A stretch of 64,000 nucleotides of DNA from Candidatus Zhuqueibacterota bacterium (GTDB lineage Bacteria; Zhuqueibacterota; Zhuqueibacteria; Thermofontimicrobiales; Thermofontimicrobiaceae). Position 1 is the stretch's first letter. Every line of letters begins with the position of its first letter. The notes below the pieces were generated by a model that searched no databases, had not been told where the DNA came from, and was given only the letters and a program-made list of their open reading frames with translations. Shown here one piece after another: positions 59,258 through 64,000 of this stretch. A program made the position numbers and the translations under genes. The stretch lies in assembly GCA_049322915.1 (NCBI GenBank), contig JBMOPW010000032.1, positions 32,001 through 96,000 of the forward strand, written 5' to 3'.

Positions 59258-60955
59258 TTATGGCGCCATTTTATTGACCTGTAAATTTTTCTCCTGCTTG
59301 AATTGGAGAACGACTGTCCGATTGATTCGCGTTACCGTCACTTTTTTCGATGGAGACGATTTGGCTTGGCCCCGCAATGATTTGATTGATAAGTCGCAGG
59401 TATACTCACCAGCGGGAACCAGTTCGCCCCAGTTGTCTTTCCAATCCCATAGCAGTTGCTCGGGCAGCTTCTCCGTTCCCCGAATTGTGCGAATGGTTTT
59501 ATTGTGACTGTTTTTAATTTCCAGGGTCCACTCTTTGACCTGCCGCACACGGCCGCTCACCATCGGTGAGATAGAAAGATGTTCGTGCGAACAGCGGGGC
59601 TTGCTGTGCGACTGATTCTCCTGGCCGGAGTAAAAGCCTGTCAGACTGACTGTCCCGGTGGAGTTGAGCGAGGCCACGCCAACCCGGTCGCCGGAGACGA
59701 TTCCGTTCTTTTGCAGATAAGATTTCAAAGCTCGCGCATCTTCCATTGAGGATTCTTCTGTTTGAAGAATGAGGCTCAGGCCGGGATGTTGTTTCAATTT
59801 ATTCCGAATTTCAATTCCTAATTTGACGTGTCGTTCCTGGCGAATTTTTAGAGTCTCGGAAGGACTCAATGGGCCGGTCGGGACGATGAGCAGATTTCGA
59901 AATGCGCCATCAGTTTTCAGATACTCCGGCGCTAACTCTGCAATGTGTTCTAATTGAGAAGGATACAGATCCGCCGGCATGCTTCGCACCACCTTCTCCT
60001 CGAAAATTTGCATGAACGGGGTCGAGAGAAGCAATTCCGGCTCACCGATATCCGGTCCCCGATCGAAGATATGCGTGTAAATGGCCTCGTGAGAACCCAT
60101 GGAAACAGCGGCCATATTCTGGCGGGGTAAATCTAAACCGTATTGAAGTTTGTTGTTTTCCGAAAGGCTGAACTGAATTTCCATTTTAAAGGGCATGGTA
60201 TTTTCAAATGACAATTGCACAAGTCCCCAGCCTTCGCGCTGGAGCGAAACAGCCAGACCATAATGCACATTCATTCCGTCATTTTGCAGAAGCACGGTCG
60301 GGGTAATATAACCGAAGCTGTAACCGACTGCTGCGGAGATTTCCCGCAGTAGCGGCGCCGCAGTCTGATAACCCATGTCCGGCTGATTTACATGGTTGAC
60401 GCCTATGCCGATGCTCCAATTGCCGGGATTCCAAAATGCGCCCATGCCGAAATTAAGGCCATTTTTACCCAGGCTGCCGGCGAGCAACGGATCGATTGCA
60501 TGCGCCTCGGAAAAATTGTCGCGGGAAAAACCAAATCTTACCAGACCAATTTTCAGTCCAACACCCAACTGGGATGCAATTTTCCGACTGACGAGAAGCG
60601 AGCTGTTCAATTCCGAATAAATGCCAGCCGAATAGTATCGCAGATCAGCGCCCAGCCCCAGTTCCAGCGGCAGTAAAAACGGAAAACTAACGCTGACATG
60701 ACTTTCGTTGATGCCGAAAGAGTTATCCGGCACAAAACCAATGTGAAATGAGCGTATTCCGAGAGAGACCTGACCATATTGAAATGAAACCATGGCCGGA
60801 TTCACTTCCGAAATCCAGGGATGGGATTTTCCAACGACATTGTTAATGTCGTAGGTTTGCGCATCGACAGCGGTGTTCAGGATTGCAGTGAGCATGAACA
60901 GAGCGAAGCATGCAACAAGGGCAAACTTTATCATTGTTAATTTCTTATTCAGCAT
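59258..60955 (-). CDS. PorP/SprF-like outer-membrane beta-barrel fused to C-terminal FlgD-like domain
   Basis: Signal peptide; VNPA motif; LNFGMG..SIGIGVNHVNQPD; SMGSHEAIY barrel end; C-terminal WTLEIKN..IRTIRG..LLWDWKDNWGELVPAGEY. Confidence 0.78.
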   Translation of the reverse strand: MLNKKLTMIKFALVACFALFMLTAILNTAVDAQTYDINNVVGKSHPWISEVNPAMVSFQYGQVSLGIRSFHIGFVPDNSFGINESHVSVSFPFLLPLELGLGADLRYYSAGIYSELNSSLLVSRKIASQLGVGLKIGLVRFGFSRDNFSEAHAIDPLLAGSLGKNGLNFGMGAFWNPGNWSIGIGVNHVNQPDMGYQTAAPLLREISAAVGYSFGYITPTVLLQNDGMNVHYGLAVSLQREGWGLVQLSFENTMPFKMEIQFSLSENNKLQYGLDLPRQNMAAVSMGSHEAIYTHIFDRGPDIGEPELLLSTPFMQIFEEKVVRSMPADLYPSQLEHIAELAPEYLKTDGAFRNLLIVPTGPLSPSETLKIRQERHVKLGIEIRNKLKQHPGLSLILQTEESSMEDARALKSYLQKNGIVSGDRVGVASLNSTGTVSLTGFYSGQENQSHSKPRCSHEHLSISPMVSGRVRQVKEWTLEIKNSHNKTIRTIRGTEKLPEQLLWDWKDNWGELVPAGEYTCDLSIKSLRGQAKSSPSKKVTVTRINRTVVLQFKQEKNLQVNKMAP

Positions 60956-61052
60956 GGTGGTCTCGTCGTTTTGGATGAAATCCCTGCATTTCTTCTTGTA
61001 CTTTCGAGCGGCTTGTTTCAGGGGAAGGCTCACTCGTTTTGGTACTGTCTCA

Positions 61053-61069
61053 GGCAAGAAGAATACCAG
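61053..61069 (-). promoter_or_regulatory. sigma54 promoter candidate upstream of the 9-gene cluster
   Basis: Minus strand CTGGTAT-TCTTC-TTGCC with GG-N10-GC spacing, ~100 nt before ATG 60955. Confidence 0.4.
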
Positions 61070-61462
61070 TTTATGCTGTTGTCTATTTAAGTATACAAAA
61101 TTTTTGCTGGTTGCCAGATTGGGATGTGGATTAAATCATCATTTTTAGTGAATTATGAACTGATAGAATTTTCAAGAAAAATGGAGGTCTGAATCAGCAT
61201 GAGGAAAAATAATCCGGGCTTGTGGTGTTCCAAAACCTATTTTGGTAAACAAGTTTGAAATTTGAATTACAAAAAAGGAAAAATATTGGGAGAGTTTTTG
61301 GTTGGAAAATAATTTATTGCGGACAAACCATAGTGAGAGCGACCTGAGTATGGGGAAGCGCTCCGTTCGAACAGCTTGAAAGCGTTTCTCCGCTGCTGGC
61401 AAAGACGCTGATTTGGCTAGTGAGAGTCCTGATTCGATGGGGTGCATCGAGGTTTCGCCGAT

Positions 61463-61501
61463 AAAAAAAACGCTCCCTGGTATTCGACCGGGAGCGTTTT
61501 T
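61463..61501. terminator. Terminator downstream of M14 peptidase genes
   Basis: AAAAAAAACGCTCCC-loop-GGGAGCGTTTTT. Confidence 0.8.
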
Positions 61502-61521
61502 GATACTATTAAGTTGGGCGA

Positions 61522-63333
61522 TTATTTCAACACAATCTCTTTTTGATGAACTCCGCCCTTTTGACAATCCAATTTCACCTGAACCTTTCCGCCGCCCTCG
61601 ACGAGAAATTCATACTGGACTTCGGCGTTGCCGGGTATGCCCCGTGTGAGCTTCAGGTTTTTCAGATCCTTTTGATCGATAAGGGTCACATCGCTATCCT
61701 CAGCTTCGAGAAAGTAACGCCGAAATTGAGCCGGTACACTGCTGAATCGCGAGGCCTTATTGAGGCCGGCGGCCATAACTTTCACGTTTCCATCGATGGA
61801 TAGCTGATCCGGTCGCTGCACTTTTCGCTCGATGGCGGCCGCGGACATGGTGGGCATGAGCCGCTCGTTGTAAATGCTCACGTTCAGTTTGAAAAGATTG
61901 TTCGCCAATTTTTCGTAACTCAATTCTTTGATAACTGGCAGAGGCATTTCATACGCATGCAGCAGGCAGAAAGCCATGTTGCGGTGGCATAGCTCCTCCA
62001 GCAGCCAGGTGGGCGGCACGCGACCGCTCAGCTTGGTCTCGTCGCGATCGATCGTCACTTTTCCTAACTGCGGGTGATTGATGTCGTGCATTGGAATAAA
62101 TATATTTTGCATGTCAATATATTTGTCGAAAAATTCTCGCTCCTCCTGAGTGTCCTCGCCATTGTTGTCGAAATCAGCGCGGGATGTCCACAACTCGTTG
62201 GAATAGGAATAAATGCCAAGCAGGTCATGGGTGAAATCAATGAATCCACCCCAGACGGAATAGAGTCCGCTCCAGATGACGATGTAGCGGTACTTGTCAA
62301 TAATTTTTTCACCCTTCTTGCCAATTTCATCATAGACTGAGACATCGGCGCGTTGATACTCGCCGTGCAATTCAACGCCCGGGCCTCGTAGAATCATCCC
62401 GCCGGAATTGTGAAACGCCTGCACCCCGGCGATGTTGGGATGCGAATACAGAAAATCGCGGGTGCGCTGCGATTCGATCCAGGTGAATGGATAATCACCG
62501 GCGCCTCCCTGAATCGATTTCGGTTGCCAGAATGAAGCGAAATCGCGATTGGGATCGTAACCGCCACCGCCATCTTCATTGTATCGCCCATCGCCATCGT
62601 TATCGATACCCTCGGAACCGATAAATTTGTAGTCGCCCACCTCATCTTTTTTACCTTCAATGTTTTTTTGAATGGGCACCAGCCGATCCCCAATATCGCT
62701 CAATCGATGCGTCCCTTGTCCGGGTTGAACCTTCATGAACATGGAGCCGACTTCTCCGTCGTTATCCAGATCCTCCGGGCCATCTTCGTCGTAGAGACCG
62801 TCGTCGTCGCTGTCATATGGATATTGCCCGGAACGCGCCGATGCGCCGTTGTGCAGCCACAGGTCTCTCCCATCGGGATTGACAGATGGAAAAATGTAAA
62901 ACACCCGCTGGTCGACCATCTTTTTCACGTATTCGTTATAGGGATAATTTTCCATCAGGTACCAGATGGTATAGAGACAGACCTCGCCGCCCTGAATTTC
63001 GTTGCCATGAATGTTGGCGTCGATGTACATGGCGCTCTTTTTCATTTCATCGCCTGTGTCCGGATTGTTGATGGTCATGTACCACATCTCCCGCCCCTGA
63101 AATGATGTGCCAATGGACCGCAGTTTGAGAAATTTGGGATAGGCCTGTTCCAGTTTTCGAAGCGCAGCTTCCATCTCTTTCCAATCATGATACCGATTGA
63201 ATTGAAGATCGACGTTTCGTGTTTTCCATGTGCGCGGAAGGTAGTCCTGAGCCGGCAGCGTGGCGGCGCTCATCATCGCCACCATAGCCAGGAGAAGAAT
63301 GCGATGTATAAGATGTGTTGTTTTTAATTTCAT
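61522..63333 (-). CDS. Secreted M14 zinc carboxypeptidase
   Basis: Signal peptide; NIHGNE (HxxE), NPDGR, DPNRDF, AFHNSG; Asp-rich DxDxDG insertions. Confidence 0.92.
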   Translation of the reverse strand: MKLKTTHLIHRILLLAMVAMMSAATLPAQDYLPRTWKTRNVDLQFNRYHDWKEMEAALRKLEQAYPKFLKLRSIGTSFQGREMWYMTINNPDTGDEMKKSAMYIDANIHGNEIQGGEVCLYTIWYLMENYPYNEYVKKMVDQRVFYIFPSVNPDGRDLWLHNGASARSGQYPYDSDDDGLYDEDGPEDLDNDGEVGSMFMKVQPGQGTHRLSDIGDRLVPIQKNIEGKKDEVGDYKFIGSEGIDNDGDGRYNEDGGGGYDPNRDFASFWQPKSIQGGAGDYPFTWIESQRTRDFLYSHPNIAGVQAFHNSGGMILRGPGVELHGEYQRADVSVYDEIGKKGEKIIDKYRYIVIWSGLYSVWGGFIDFTHDLLGIYSYSNELWTSRADFDNNGEDTQEEREFFDKYIDMQNIFIPMHDINHPQLGKVTIDRDETKLSGRVPPTWLLEELCHRNMAFCLLHAYEMPLPVIKELSYEKLANNLFKLNVSIYNERLMPTMSAAAIERKVQRPDQLSIDGNVKVMAAGLNKASRFSSVPAQFRRYFLEAEDSDVTLIDQKDLKNLKLTRGIPGNAEVQYEFLVEGGGKVQVKLDCQKGGVHQKEIVLK

Positions 63334-63398
63334 GTTATTATTCCTCCAGATGGTGTAGACAGATAAAAGTTACCGATGATTTTGACCCAACGGATTGG

Positions 63399-64000
63399 TT
63401 ATGGTAGCTTCACCGTTGTCTGAAATTCTCCGCCACCCTGGCGAGCCCAAAGCGCGATATCAACTTTCTGGCCCGGCGGAGAAATGATAATCCACGTGTA
63501 TTCTTTTTCAGCGCCGGCTTCCAGATTGTTCAGATCGTATCGTTTCTGGCCTCCGAAAAGTTTCATGTCCTTTTCGTTTTCGAATTTCAATCGGGTCACA
63601 ATCGGATACAGGTTTCGACTCTTCTGCCCCATCTCCGTCGCGTAAGGAAATTTTCCAGTGTTGCGAAGGGTGACCTTCACTTCGTACAGGTTAGTGGATA
63701 ATTTCCTGGTTTGCGGCGCATCCATTTTTATTTCAGCAAACTGGGATGCGAGATACAGCGCGAATTTGGTGTGACTCTGACAGAGGGAATCGATGAGAGC
63801 GGAAGGGGCGTTTGTTCGGATGTACGGATAGAACCCGCCAATTTCCACGTCGCCAAGCTGCTGATGCTGAAATGTTTTCCACGGCAGGAAGCCAATGCCA
63901 TTGTTCTTCTCATCGACCCATTTCAGCCATCGCTGGTCAGTTCCGCTCGCATCGGCTTTTTCGCCTTCCGCGCCGGCCGGGCGCGCGCCGGGGAAGGTGC
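63399..64000 (-). CDS. C-terminal part of a second M14 carboxypeptidase paralog (5' truncated)
   Basis: Frame open to window end (..FLPWKTFQHQQLGDVEIGG..); aligns with neighbour (HPQLGKV, final Ig-like domain ending GG..V.L). Confidence 0.8.
   Translation of the reverse strand, partial: TFPGARPAGAEGEKADASGTDQRWLKWVDEKNNGIGFLPWKTFQHQQLGDVEIGGFYPYIRTNAPSALIDSLCQSHTKFALYLASQFAEIKMDAPQTRKLSTNLYEVKVTLRNTGKFPYATEMGQKSRNLYPIVTRLKFENEKDMKLFGGQKRYDLNNLEAGAEKEYTWIIISPPGQKVDIALWARQGGGEFQTTVKLP

Noticed and set aside
61321..61360. c-di-GMP-I riboswitch-like sequence (GGACAAACCAT)
   Set aside because: Opposite strand to the downstream operon and lacks the second stem.

Overview
Bacterial chromosomal window, probably from an anaerobic FCB-superphylum lineage (KSB1/Calditrichota/Zixibacteria-like; inferred from PorV/PorP-type barrels, FlgD/T9SS-like C-terminal domains, group II GGGPS and PFOR). 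Left to right: (1) a 5'-truncated giant Ig-repeat surface protein, a PorV-TPR fusion, and a partner-switching pair (membrane RsbW-kinase/HAMP/PP2C chimera plus STAS protein) in which both partners carry an IS481-transposase-like HTH domain; (2) metH, a rubredoxin missed by the ORF track, thiI, an M28 peptidase, a decayed isocitrate/isopropylmalate dehydrogenase remnant and PFOR; (3) a housekeeping block: obgE, dprA, DUF362, gltX, tadA, 9 tRNAs, large SRP RNA, dnaX-ebfC-recR, pgsA-pgpA-thpR-recA-recX-alaS, GGGPS and a PHP phosphatase; (4) an FG-GAP-propeller histidine kinase with a sigma54 activator, a decayed MNT-HEPN pair, a hypothetical gene and a CoA-activase; (5) a 9-gene minus-strand cluster combining a PorP/SprF-like barrel, ExbB, two CTD-bearing secreted proteins (VWA; SdrD-B), two ExbDs, a Gly-rich TonB/TolA-like protein with an unrecognised C-terminal domain, a TPR lipoprotein and a secreted hypothetical, which is the best candidate for an undescribed pmf-driven envelope machine; (6) tandem M14 peptidases. 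No CRISPR array, rRNA or intact mobile element was seen. All calls come from motif recognition by eye; no database searches were run.
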